From NCBI GenBank assembly GCA_025963875.1, contig JAOPZY010000027.1:1-36361 (forward strand): a DNA stretch of 36,361 nucleotides. The letters are read 5' to 3'. The position numbers and the translations under genes are program-made. The notes beneath the pieces are model-generated. The model was not told the origin of the DNA and did not search any database. It worked only from the letters and a program-made list of their open reading frames with translations. The DNA comes from Actinomycetota bacterium. GTDB taxonomy: Bacteria; Actinomycetota; CADDZG01; JAHWKV01; JAOPZY01. Positions 21,595-32,721 of the stretch are shown piece by piece; position 1 is the stretch's first letter, and each line of letters begins with the position of its first letter.

Positions 21595-22473
21595 ATGAAG
21601 ATGCACACCACGAAGCAGTCACTGGGCGCCGCCCTTGCAGGCGAGCGCCGGCAGGGCAGGACCATCGGCTTCGTTCCGACGATGGGAGCCCTCCACGAGG
21701 GCCACGTTTCGCTCATGCGGCGGGCGCGGGGCGAGAACGCCGTCGTCGTGGCCTCGATCTTCGTGAACCCGCTCCAGTTCGCCCCCACCGATGACCTCGC
21801 CCGCTACCCCCGCAGCCTGGAGGCTGACGCGGCGCTGGCCGCCGAGGCAGGCGTGGACCACCTGTTCGCTCCGGAGGTCGCCGAGATGTATCCCCACGGC
21901 TCGATTGCGACTCGTGTCGACGTGGGTCCGATCGGCGACATCGGGGAGGGAGCGTGGCGGCCCGGCTTCTTCGCCGGCGTCGCTACCGTGTGCTGCAAGC
22001 TCTTCCACATCGTCGCTCCCGACCGTGCCTACTTCGGCCAGAAGGACGCCCAGCAGCTCGCCGTCATCCGGCAGCTGGTAGCCGACCTCGATCTGCCGCT
22101 GGAGATCGTCGGGTGCCCCACCGTCCGGGAGCCCGACGGGCTCGCGCTCTCGAGCCGCAACACCTACCTCGACCCGGAGGCTCGACGGGCGGCGCCGGCC
22201 CTCGCTGCGGCCCTCATGGCCGCCCGGGATGCCGCGGCCAGCGGGGAGGAGTCGGCCGAGGAGCTCCGGTGGACCGTGAAGACCTGCCTGGAGGCCGAGC
22301 CGGGCATCCGCCTGCAGTACGTGGATCTCTTCGATGCGGATTCCTTCTCCGCCCGGGAACGCCTCGACGGCCGGGGGATCCTGGCGGCGGCGGCCTACGT
22401 CGGAGGTACCCGCCTGATCGACAACGTCGACGTGGTGCCGGCAGCCCTTCCGGCGGAGGTGAGGGGAAGATGA
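21595..22473 (+). CDS. panC: Pantoate--beta-alanine ligase
   Basis: VPTMGALHEGH, SIFVNPLQF, FGQKDAQQ, GLALSSRN, TRLIDN. Confidence 0.97.
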   Translation: MKMHTTKQSLGAALAGERRQGRTIGFVPTMGALHEGHVSLMRRARGENAVVVASIFVNPLQFAPTDDLARYPRSLEADAALAAEAGVDHLFAPEVAEMYPHGSIATRVDVGPIGDIGEGAWRPGFFAGVATVCCKLFHIVAPDRAYFGQKDAQQLAVIRQLVADLDLPLEIVGCPTVREPDGLALSSRNTYLDPEARRAAPALAAALMAARDAAASGEESAEELRWTVKTCLEAEPGIRLQYVDLFDADSFSARERLDGRGILAAAAYVGGTRLIDNVDVVPAALPAEVRGR

Positions 22474-22871
22474 GGCGCACGATGCTGATGGGCAAGGTCC
22501 ACCGGGCGACGGTGACCGATGCCAACCTGAACTACGAGGGGAGCCTGACCCTGGACCCGGACCTGATGGAAGCTGCCGGGATGCTGCCCTACGAGCAGGT
22601 GCAGGTCCTCGACGTGGACAACGGGTCCCGCCTGACCACCTACCTGATCAAGGGGGAGCGCTCCTCCGGTCAGGTGGTCATCAACGGGGCGGCTGCCCGG
22701 CTCGTGGCGCCGGGCGACAAGGTGATCATCGTGGCCTACGGGGAGATGGAGGACGAGGAGGCCCGTTCGCACACGCCGAAGGTGGTCCTGGTGGACGGCG
22801 CCAACCGGCCCATCACGTCGCCCTCCCACGGTGCCGGTCCGAGCGCGGCAAGGTTCACAGCGTACGATTAG
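22470..22871 (+). CDS. panD: Aspartate 1-decarboxylase proenzyme
   Basis: MRRTMLMGKVHRATVT, YEGS (Gly-Ser autocleavage), TY, NGAAAR; ATGA overlap with panC. Confidence 0.96.
   Translation: MRRTMLMGKVHRATVTDANLNYEGSLTLDPDLMEAAGMLPYEQVQVLDVDNGSRLTTYLIKGERSSGQVVINGAAARLVAPGDKVIIVAYGEMEDEEARSHTPKVVLVDGANRPITSPSHGAGPSAARFTAYD
22863..22868 (+). promoter_or_regulatory. Putative internal -10 for a leaderless coaX-lysS transcript
   Basis: TACGAT 6 nt before the coaX ATG; no SD. Confidence 0.5.
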
Positions 22872-22874
22872 GCC

Positions 22875-23651
22875 ATGCTGCTCGCCGTCGACACCGGCAA
22901 CACCCAGACCCATATCGGCATCTTCCGCAGGGAGAGCCTGGTTGCGCAGTGGCGTACCTCCACCGAGCCAGGCCGGACGGCGGATGAGCTCGCCCTGATC
23001 TTCCAGCAGTTCCTCGCCCTCGTGGGCCTCTCGTTCTCCCGCGAGGTGACGGGGGTCGTGCTCGGCAGCGTCGTCCCGGCGCAGACCACCGCACTCCGGG
23101 AGATGGTGGCCAGGTACTTCCACTTCGAGCCGGTGGTTGTCGAGGCCGGCATCCGGACCGGGCTCCCCGTGAAGACGGATCACCCCAGGGAGGTCGGGGC
23201 GGACCGCATCGTCAACGCCGTCGCAGCCCTGGACCTCGTCGCCCCGCCGCTGATCGTCGTCGACTTCGGGACGGCCACCACGTTCGACGCCGTCGGGGAG
23301 CGCGGCGACTACCTCGGGGGCGCCATCGCCCCCGGCCTGGAGATCTCCGCCGACGCCCTCTTCCGCGTCGCCGCCCAGATCCAGAAGGTGGAGCTGGTCG
23401 TGCCGGACGACGTCATCGGGCGGTCCACGGTCGAGGCGGTCCGCTCGGGGGTCCTCCTCGGCGCCGCCGCCATGGTGGACGGGATGATCGAGCGGATGTC
23501 CAAGGCCCTCGGCGGCCACGTATCCGTGCTGGCCACCGGCGGGCTGGCGCCAACGGTCCTCCCGGCGTGCAACAGCACCATCCGCCACGAGCCCGAGCTC
23601 ACCCTCATGGGGCTCCGCCTCATCTACGAGCGCAATGCCGGCCCCGTCTGA
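22875..23651 (+). CDS. coaX: Type III pantothenate kinase
   Basis: LLAVDTGNT, SVVP, EVGADR, VDFGTATT, GGAIAPG, ATGG. Confidence 0.96.
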   Translation: MLLAVDTGNTQTHIGIFRRESLVAQWRTSTEPGRTADELALIFQQFLALVGLSFSREVTGVVLGSVVPAQTTALREMVARYFHFEPVVVEAGIRTGLPVKTDHPREVGADRIVNAVAALDLVAPPLIVVDFGTATTFDAVGERGDYLGGAIAPGLEISADALFRVAAQIQKVELVVPDDVIGRSTVEAVRSGVLLGAAAMVDGMIERMSKALGGHVSVLATGGLAPTVLPACNSTIRHEPELTLMGLRLIYERNAGPV

Positions 23652-25032
23652 CGGCGCGCCGCTGCGCTTCGACCGGACCTCGACGCCGGGGGAGCTGGTC
23701 GCCAAGCACGGGTCGCTGGAGCCCGGTGCCTCGACGGGCGAGATCCATCGCGTCGCCGGGCGGATCCAGACCACCCGCGGGCACGGCAAGGTCGCGTTCG
23801 CCGACCTCGGCGACTGGGGTGGCAAGATCCAGCTCTTCGCCCGGGCAGACCGGCTGGGGGACCGCTTCGAGGACTTCCTCGCCCTCGGAGTTGGTGACTG
23901 GGTGGGGGCCTCGGGCGAGGTGGTCACGACGCGCACCGGTGAGCTGTCGATCCTCCTCGACGGCTTCGAGCTCCTCGCCAAGTCCCGCCGGCCGTGGCCG
24001 GACAAGCGTTCCGGCCTCCAGGACGTCGAACGCCGGCATCGCCAGCGGTACCTCGACCTCGCCACGAACGCCCGGGCCCGCGAGGTGCTGATGGCCCGCT
24101 CGAAGACGGTGGCGGAGATCCGGCGCTGGCTCTCGGACCGCGGCTTCATCGAGGTCGAGACGCCGATGTTGCACCCCATCCCCGGCGGGGCGCTCGCCAA
24201 GCCCTTCGTTACGCACCACGAGACGCTCGGCGTCGACCTCTACCTGCGCATCGCCCCCGAGCTCTACCTGAAGCGGCTGCTGGTCGGAGGCATGGAACGG
24301 GTGTTCGAGCTCAACCGGAACTTCCGCAACGAGGGGGTCTCGACCCAGCACAACCCCGAGTTCACCATGCTCGAGGCCTACCAGGCCTACGGCGACTACA
24401 CCGACATGGCGGACCTGCTCGAGAGCCTGATCCGCGACGTCGCCCAGTCCGTCACGGGCGGGCTCGTCGTGCCCTGGCACGACATCGACATCGACCTCGG
24501 GACCTTCCGGCGGGTCCGGCTCGTCGACCTGGTGCGGGAAGCGGGAGCGGACCCCGACGCCGACCTGGCGGCCGAGTGCGAGCGCCTCGGCGTTGCTTTC
24601 GACCCGAAATGGCCCTGGGGCAAGCTCCTGGTCGAGATCTACGAGAAGAAGGTCGAGCACACCCTCGTCCAGCCGACGTTCGTCCTCGACTTCCCCCGTG
24701 ACGTCTCCCCGCTCGCCCGGACCCACCGCACGGATCCCCGCTTCACCGAACACCTCGAACTGATCATCGGCGGCATGGAGATCGCGCCCGCCTACTCCGA
24801 GCTCAACGACCCGGTCGAGCAACTCGCCAGGTTCCAGGCGCAGGCCGATGGCGCCGCCGGCCCGGAGGACGAGGCCCACCGGATCGACGAGGACTTCCTC
24901 ACCGCCCTGGAGTACGGGATGCCCCCGGCGGGGGGCCTGGGGCTCGGCATCGACCGCCTGGTGATGCTGCTGACGGATTCGCCGTCGATCCGGGACGTGA
25001 TCCTCTTCCCGGCCCTCCGTCCCGAGGACTGA
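23635..25032 (+). CDS. lysS: Lysine--tRNA ligase (class II)
   Basis: OB-fold, RHRQRYLDL, YLRIAPELYLKRL, FRNEG, HNPEFTMLE, EYGMPPAGGLGLGIDRL, IRDVILFP. Confidence 0.97.
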   Translation: MPAPSDGAPLRFDRTSTPGELVAKHGSLEPGASTGEIHRVAGRIQTTRGHGKVAFADLGDWGGKIQLFARADRLGDRFEDFLALGVGDWVGASGEVVTTRTGELSILLDGFELLAKSRRPWPDKRSGLQDVERRHRQRYLDLATNARAREVLMARSKTVAEIRRWLSDRGFIEVETPMLHPIPGGALAKPFVTHHETLGVDLYLRIAPELYLKRLLVGGMERVFELNRNFRNEGVSTQHNPEFTMLEAYQAYGDYTDMADLLESLIRDVAQSVTGGLVVPWHDIDIDLGTFRRVRLVDLVREAGADPDADLAAECERLGVAFDPKWPWGKLLVEIYEKKVEHTLVQPTFVLDFPRDVSPLARTHRTDPRFTEHLELIIGGMEIAPAYSELNDPVEQLARFQAQADGAAGPEDEAHRIDEDFLTALEYGMPPAGGLGLGIDRLVMLLTDSPSIRDVILFPALRPED

Positions 25033-25060
25033 CCCCGCTCGGCACCTGAGCTAAGAAGAG

Positions 25061-25106
25061 GTCCGCAACCGAAAACCGTGTCCCACACGGATAACGTTGC
25101 GGACTT
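25061..25106. repeat. REP-like palindromic element, copy B (between convergent lysS and ACT gene)
   Basis: GTCCGCAAC-CGAAAA-CCGTG-TCCCA-CACGG-ATAAC-GTTGCGGACTT; 41 of 46 aligned positions identical to 9674-9718. Confidence 0.85.
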
Positions 25107-25132
25107 GTGCCTGGGGGCAGGCTCCAGGGCCC

Positions 25133-25513
25133 CTACAGGTCCCGGCGGGCCTTGTGGAGGTCGTCCACGGCGACGACCAGCTCCTTGTCCCCGGCCCTGC
25201 CCCCGGCGATGTAGAGGCTGGTGATGTTGATCCCCGCATCCGCCAGGCGCCGGGCGAAGCGGCCGAGCTCGCCGGGGCGGTCGTCGAGGGAGATCGACAG
25301 GACCTCCTGGACTCCCACGACCTGCCACCCACCGTCCTGCAGGGCCTGCATCGCCCGGTCTGCCTCCTGCACGACGAAGTGGAGGAAACCCCGGCCGTCG
25401 TAGGTGAAGGCGGCGGCGGCCGTGATGTTGACCCTGGCCTCCCCCAGCAACTCGCCCAGCGAGGCCATCATCCCCGGGCGGTCCTCGGCTTCGATGACGA
25501 TCTCGGTCGGCAT
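25133..25513 (-). CDS. Tandem ACT-domain protein
   Basis: EDRPGMMASLGELLGEARVNI and DDRPGELGRFARRLADAGINI. Confidence 0.88.
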   Translation of the reverse strand: MPTEIVIEAEDRPGMMASLGELLGEARVNITAAAAFTYDGRGFLHFVVQEADRAMQALQDGGWQVVGVQEVLSISLDDRPGELGRFARRLADAGINITSLYIAGGRAGDKELVVAVDDLHKARRDL

Positions 25514-25745
25514 ACCTGGTACCTTTGACGAGAGGCGGTTCGAATCCTAACGCTTCCCTGGGCTCCCAGACTTCGGGCTTGTGCCAATCGGGCATACAAT
25601 GATGATTCGGACGACCCCCTGCTCGCATATCCAGCAAACGCTCTGCGGAACCGATACTGGATAGGTAGGGCCGGTGGGCGGGTACGCTTGTAAGGCCCGG
25701 CAGGGAACTTAACAGGCCGGTAACGGTAGAGAAGCGGTCCTCCGT

Positions 25746-25751
25746 ATAATG
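25746..25751 (+). promoter_or_regulatory. Putative -10 element for clpC
   Basis: Consensus TATAAT 134 nt upstream of the clpC ATG. Confidence 0.5.
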
Positions 25752-25885
25752 GGGGAAGGGCCGGGACCCCCTTACGGGACCCCAGATCCCAGGCCCCGAC
25801 GACGAGGAGAGGGTGACGAGGATAGGTACTACGCACGCAGCATTCGGCCAACAAGGACTGTGCGTCAGTCAGAAGGACGGCCAGC

Positions 25886-28393
<2,508 letters not shown>

Positions 28394-28415
28394 CACTCAC
28401 CACCGCTTCCCACTC

Positions 28416-28441
28416 CCAGCGCCCCCTTTCGGGGGCGCTGG
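28416..28441 (+). terminator. Hairpin after clpC, likely terminator
   Basis: CCAGCGCCCCC-TTTC-GGGGGCGCTGG, perfect 11-bp stem; no U-tract. Confidence 0.65.
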
Positions 28442-28491
28442 CGCGTCCGGCCCCGGTTCACACCCTCCTTCCGCTGGGGGAGGCGAGAGGT

Positions 28492-28532
28492 TTTCGTAAC
28501 TTTTCGTTCCCAGGCAACGAAAAGTTACGAAA
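28492..28532. repeat. Perfect 17-bp AT-rich inverted repeat
   Basis: TTTCGTAACTTTTCGTT-cccaggc-AACGAAAAGTTACGAAA. Confidence 0.88.
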
Positions 28533-28571
28533 CGTACGCTGTTCCCTCCCGGCCCTTTCGACCCCTTGCTT

Positions 28572-28623
28572 TTGACGTCCCACAGACATATGGTTACCAT
28601 GTCCGTACGGACGTACGGACATG
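28572..28623 (+). promoter_or_regulatory. Housekeeping-type promoter with overlapping 12-2-12 ArsR/SmtB operator
   Basis: TTGACG (28572-77), 17 bp, TACCAT (28595-600); perfect CATGTCCGTACG-ga-CGTACGGACATG (28598-28623); AAGGAG RBS follows. Confidence 0.85.
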
Positions 28624-28636
28624 TAAGGAGATTGGC

Positions 28637-29041
28637 ATGAGCCCACGCAAGTCGTCAGCACTCGAGCACCATCATCCCGTCGTTCCGGAGCGGGTTGCTC
28701 GGGCGCAGGAGGGGCTCCTATCCGCTGACGACGCCCAACGCCTGGCAAGTGTCCTGGGGCTGTTGGCTGACCCCGTGCGCTCCCGCATCCTGTATGCCCT
28801 GGACCTGGTCGAGGAGCTGTGTGTGGGGGATCTGGCCCTGGCCCTGGGTACGACGGAGGACGCTGTCAGCTACGGCCTGCGGATCCTCCGCACCGCCGGG
28901 CTGGTCCAGGCCCGGAAGGACGGGCGGATCATCTTCTACCGCTTGGCGACCAACTTCCCGGAGCCTCTGCTGGAGCACTGCCTGCGGGAGCTGGTCGTGC
29001 TGTCCCGAGCGGTCCAGGGACTCGACGGCGAGGAGGTGTGA
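28637..29041 (+). CDS. ArsR/SmtB family metalloregulator 1
   Basis: LADPVRSRILYAL, ELCVGDLA, VSYGLRILR, RKDGRIIFYRL; N-terminal HHH, C-terminal EHC. Confidence 0.92.
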   Translation: MSPRKSSALEHHHPVVPERVARAQEGLLSADDAQRLASVLGLLADPVRSRILYALDLVEELCVGDLALALGTTEDAVSYGLRILRTAGLVQARKDGRIIFYRLATNFPEPLLEHCLRELVVLSRAVQGLDGEEV

Positions 29042-30216
29042 TGCGCGCGATCCATGCCCTGGGCCACGCCGTGGTGCTGGCCGGCTCGATGACCTGGGAG
29101 ATCCTCTGGGCACTCATCTTGGGCTTTGCCCTGTCGGCGATCGTCCAGGCCCTCGTGCGACGTGAGACCGTCGTACGTCTGCTGGGCGACGACCGGCCCA
29201 GGACCCTGGCGATCGCCGCCGCACTAGGCGCCGCGAGCTCGTCGTGTTCCTACGCAGCTGTCGCCCTGGCCCGTTCGCTGTTCCGCAAGGGTGCCAGCTT
29301 CACGGCCGCGATGGCCTTCGAGATCGCTTCCACCAACCTCGTCATCGAGCTCGGCATCATCCTGGCCCTCCTGCTCGGGTGGCAGTTCACCCTCGCCGAG
29401 TTCATCGGAGGCCCGCTGATGATCATTTTCATCGCCGTGGCTTTCCGCCTGTTCCTCCGGCAGCGGTTGGTCGAGGAGGCTCGCCGCCAGGCAGACAGAG
29501 GGCTGGCCGGCTCGATGGAGGGCCATGCCGCCATGGACATGAGCATCGTCGGCGAGGGCATGTTCGGGCAGCGGCTGCGCTCGGCGGAGGGGTTCACGGC
29601 GGTGTCGCACATCTTCGTCATGGAGTGGGCCGCGGTCCTTCGGGACATCGTCATCGGCCTGGCGCTCGCAGGCGCCATCGGGGCCTGGGTGCCCGATCGC
29701 TTCTGGCGCCACTTCTTCCTGGCGGGCCATCCCCTCGCTTCCAAGCTGTGGGGACCGATCGTCGGGCCGCTCGTGTCGGTGGTGAGCTTCGTGTGCTCCA
29801 TCGGCAACGTGCCCCTGGCCGGCGTGTTGTGGAACGGCGGCATCAGCTTCGGCGGGGTGATCAGCTTCATCTTCGCCGACCTCATCATCCTGCCCATCCT
29901 GGTCATCTACCGGAAGTACTACGGCACGAAGATGGCGCTGTTCATCGCCGCCACCTTCTACGCCGCCATGGTCGCCGCCGGCTACGCCATCGAAGTCCTG
30001 TTCGGCCTGCTCCACCTGATCCCGCACGAGCGGGCAGCCAAGGTGGTGGAAGCCGGCGTCACGTGGAACTACACCACCTTCTTGAACCTCGGGTTCCTGG
30101 TGCTCGCCGGCGTGCTGGTGGTGCGCTTCCTGCGCAGCGGGGGGCGGCAGATGTTCAAGATGATGGGCGGCGGCCCGGATGACATGTCCGGCCATGGGGC
30201 AGTCCCGTCCTCATGA
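29041..30216 (+). CDS. Permease (DUF318/ArsP-like putative metal permease)
   Basis: WEILWALILGF, GAASSSCSYAA, SFVCSIGNVPLA, SFIFADL; multiple TM segments; TGATG coupling to regulator 1. Confidence 0.88.
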   Translation: MRAIHALGHAVVLAGSMTWEILWALILGFALSAIVQALVRRETVVRLLGDDRPRTLAIAAALGAASSSCSYAAVALARSLFRKGASFTAAMAFEIASTNLVIELGIILALLLGWQFTLAEFIGGPLMIIFIAVAFRLFLRQRLVEEARRQADRGLAGSMEGHAAMDMSIVGEGMFGQRLRSAEGFTAVSHIFVMEWAAVLRDIVIGLALAGAIGAWVPDRFWRHFFLAGHPLASKLWGPIVGPLVSVVSFVCSIGNVPLAGVLWNGGISFGGVISFIFADLIILPILVIYRKYYGTKMALFIAATFYAAMVAAGYAIEVLFGLLHLIPHERAAKVVEAGVTWNYTTFLNLGFLVLAGVLVVRFLRSGGRQMFKMMGGGPDDMSGHGAVPSS

Positions 30217-30255
30217 GGGCCGCCTGACAGGCCGCGGAGCCCTTGACGTCCTGTT

Positions 30256-30275
30256 ATCTTCACATCTATGAAGAT
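30256..30275. promoter_or_regulatory. Palindromic ArsR/SmtB-type operator over the start of regulator 2
   Basis: ATCTTCA-catcta-TGAAGAT; TTGACG -35-like at 30243-30248. Confidence 0.6.
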
Positions 30276-30681
30276 GATTCCCGATGCTGTGGTCCCCCTG
30301 GAGCGCTGCGAGGTCGAGTGCGTCGAGCCGGAGAAGGCCGCGTCAGTCCGGGAGCGACTCCCCGGCGAGGCCGTTTCCCAGGAGCTTGCGGAGACCTTCC
30401 GGGTCCTCGCCGACGCAGGCCGTGTCCGGCTGATCCTCGCCCTGCTCGAGGGCGGCGAGCTCTGCGTCTGCGACCTTGCGGCGGTCACGGGACTGAGCCA
30501 GACCGCCTGCTCACACAACCTCCGGCTGCTGCGTGCCGGACGGATCGTTCGGTATCGAAGAAGCGGCCGCAACGTCTTCTACACCCTGGACGATGCCCAC
30601 ATCCGACTCCTGCTCGACGTGGGCCTGCAGCACCTTGGGCATGAGGGCCCCCGCCGGAGCACGGGGAACAGGAATGACTGA
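30268..30681 (+). CDS. ArsR/SmtB family metalloregulator 2 (CadC/ZiaR-like)
   Basis: N-terminal CEVEC, ELCVCDL (alpha3N-type site) and DDAH...QHLGHE (alpha5-type site); start could be ATG 30274. Confidence 0.92.
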   Translation: MKMIPDAVVPLERCEVECVEPEKAASVRERLPGEAVSQELAETFRVLADAGRVRLILALLEGGELCVCDLAAVTGLSQTACSHNLRLLRAGRIVRYRRSGRNVFYTLDDAHIRLLLDVGLQHLGHEGPRRSTGNRND

Positions 30682-31366
30682 ACGCCCACTGCCCATCGCT
30701 TCGCCAGCCCCCCCGGCGACGGGAGGGTCGAGCCCGGCTACCGGGATGCTGGACCGCACCGGGGAACGAGCCCGGCTCGTGGCTCGGGCCCGGTTGCTTG
30801 CCTGGGGCGCCAACGCCTGGCACATGATCGAGTTCGCCATCGCCGTAGCCGCGGGCGTAGCGTCGTCCTCTACCGCGCTGGTCGGCTTCGGTGCGGACTC
30901 CCTCATCGAGGCGCTGGCCGGCTTCGTGGTCATCTGGCGCTTCGCCCGGCGGCGGAGTGAATCGGCGGCGGCCGAGCGCCGCGCTCAGCAGCTGGTCGCG
31001 ATCAGTTTCTTCCTGCTCGCCGCCTACGTCGTCGGGGACACGGTGCGGACCCTGGCCGGGGCCAGCCATCCACAGGTGAGCTGGCCAGGCATCGCCCTGG
31101 CGGCCTTCACCGCCGTGACCATGCCCCTGCTGGCGATGGCCAAGCGGCGTGTCGGTCGACAGCTCGACTCGGCGGCAACGGTGAGCGAGGGGAGCCAGAA
31201 CATGGTCTGCGCCTACCTCTCGGTCGCCCTCCTCGTCGGGTTGGGGGCCAACGCCGCCTTTGGAGCCTGGTGGGCGGACTCACTCGCGGCGCTCGTCATC
31301 GCCGGAGTGGCCATCCGGGAGGGCATCGAGAGCTGGCGGGGCGATGCCTGCTGCGATGCCTGCTGA
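30674..31366 (+). CDS. CDF-related cation transporter, TM domain only (TMEM163-like), with Cys-rich tail
   Basis: ALVGFGADSLIE, AERRAQQLVAISFFLLAAYV, WWADSLAALVIA; ends GDACCDAC; no cytoplasmic CDF C-terminal domain. Confidence 0.8.
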   Translation: MTERPLPIASPAPPATGGSSPATGMLDRTGERARLVARARLLAWGANAWHMIEFAIAVAAGVASSSTALVGFGADSLIEALAGFVVIWRFARRRSESAAAERRAQQLVAISFFLLAAYVVGDTVRTLAGASHPQVSWPGIALAAFTAVTMPLLAMAKRRVGRQLDSAATVSEGSQNMVCAYLSVALLVGLGANAAFGAWWADSLAALVIAGVAIREGIESWRGDACCDAC

Positions 31367-32300
31367 GAAGGCTGCCGACCACGGTTCGCACGCAGGGCAC
31401 CAGCACGGCGCGCTAGATCCGGACGCGGACCGGCGCCGCCTGGGCTTCGTGTTCGTCCTCATCCTCGCCTTTATGGCCGGCGAGGTCGTGGTCGGCATCC
31501 TGGCCCACTCCCTTGCGCTCCTTTCCGACGCCGGGCACATGCTCACCGACGCCGGGGCGATCGCTCTCTCACTGGTCGCGGTGCACCTTGCTGCTCGTCG
31601 GCCCGAGGGCGGGATGACCTTCGGTCTGAAGCGGGCGGAGATCCTCTCGGCGCTCGTCAACGGAGCCGCCCTTCTCGGCCTGGGGATCCTGGTCATCTAC
31701 GAGGCCATTGGTCGCCTGATCTCGCCGCCACCGGTCGAGGGACTCCCCGTTCTCGTCGTGGCCATCGGCGGCGTCGGGGTGAACCTGGTGGCCACGTGGC
31801 AGCTGGCCAAGGCGAACCGGAGGAGCCTGAACATCAAGGCGAGCTACAAGCACATCCTGACCGACCTCTACGCCTTCGTCGGCACGGCGATCGCCGCGGT
31901 GCTCATCCTCACGACAGGGTTCCTGCGGGCCGACGCCCTCGCCTCGCTGGCCGTCGCTGCGCTGATGCTGCACGCCTCCTACCAACTGCTGCGGGATGCC
32001 GGCCGGATTCTCCTCGAGGCGGCTCCGGTTGGCATGGACCCCCGTGAGATCGGCCAGAGCCTCGTGGACCATGCGTGCGTGACCAACGTCCACGACCTGC
32101 ACATATGGGAGATCACCTCGGGCTTTCCCGCTCTCTCGGCCCACGTCCTCGTGCGACCTGGCGACGACTGCCACAAGGTCCGCGAAGAGCTGGAGCAGCT
32201 CCTCGCGGAGCGCTTCGGCATCGACCACACCACGCTGCAGGTCGACCACGACCAGGCGGGCCGTCTGCTCTCCATCGAGAGGCGCCCACCCAAGCCTTGA
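31356..32300 (+). CDS. Cation diffusion facilitator (CzcD/ZitB-like Zn/Co/Cd exporter)
   Basis: His-rich N-terminus, SLALLSDAGHMLTD, HILTD, VHDLHIWEIT, HTTLQVD; alternative ATG at 31344. Confidence 0.93.
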   Translation: MPAEKAADHGSHAGHQHGALDPDADRRRLGFVFVLILAFMAGEVVVGILAHSLALLSDAGHMLTDAGAIALSLVAVHLAARRPEGGMTFGLKRAEILSALVNGAALLGLGILVIYEAIGRLISPPPVEGLPVLVVAIGGVGVNLVATWQLAKANRRSLNIKASYKHILTDLYAFVGTAIAAVLILTTGFLRADALASLAVAALMLHASYQLLRDAGRILLEAAPVGMDPREIGQSLVDHACVTNVHDLHIWEITSGFPALSAHVLVRPGDDCHKVREELEQLLAERFGIDHTTLQVDHDQAGRLLSIERRPPKP

Positions 32301-32349
32301 AGATGCCGCCGCACTCGGCCCGGTCGGCAATCATTCCCTCGTTTCGGCC

Positions 32350-32703
32350 CTACATCTCGGCGTGGTCCGGCAGGTCGGCCACGACATGATCGGCGTGGAA
32401 CAGGGCCTCTTCGGTGAGCCGGCGGACGTGGTCGTCCGTAGCGGCGTAGAAGATGCGTGTTCCTTCACGCCGGGTACTGACCAACCGGGCCAGTCTCAAC
32501 TTGGCGAGGTGCTGGGAGACGGCGGAGGGAGCCACGCCCACCAGTTCGGCGAGGCGACCGACGGACTGCTCGCCCGAAAAGAGTGCCCAGAGGATGCGCA
32601 GGCGCGTCGGTTCGGCCAGCATCCGCAGCGTCGCTGCAGCGAGCTGTGACTGTTCCGCAGTCGGGAGATCGGGATCCCCTCTTATCTGCGCATCAGCGCA
32701 CAT
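32350..32703 (-). CDS. ArsR/SmtB family metalloregulator 3 (KmtR-like, probable Ni/Co sensor)
   Basis: RMLAEPTRLRILWAL, VSQHLAKLRLARLV, DDHVRRLTEEALFHADH...DH; resembles M. tuberculosis KmtR as recalled; divergent from a CDF gene. Confidence 0.88.
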   Translation of the reverse strand: MCADAQIRGDPDLPTAEQSQLAAATLRMLAEPTRLRILWALFSGEQSVGRLAELVGVAPSAVSQHLAKLRLARLVSTRREGTRIFYAATDDHVRRLTEEALFHADHVVADLPDHAEM

Positions 32704-32721
32704 AACAGTATTCTAGCCCGA
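32682..32721. promoter_or_regulatory. Operator palindrome plus overlapping back-to-back -10 elements (bidirectional leaderless promoter)
   Basis: TTATCTGCGC-atca-GCGCACATAA (32682-32705, 9/10 matched); TAGAAT on - strand 6 nt before ATG 32703; TATTCT on + strand 7 nt before GTG 32722. Confidence 0.7.

Noticed and set aside
23635..23700. LysS looks N-terminally short (465 aa), possible pseudogene
   Set aside because: OB-fold and class II motifs are intact in one frame; a short N-terminus is compatible with function.
25536..25547. GGTTCGAATCC resembling a tRNA T-loop
   Set aside because: Only a 2-bp flanking stem and no cloverleaf.
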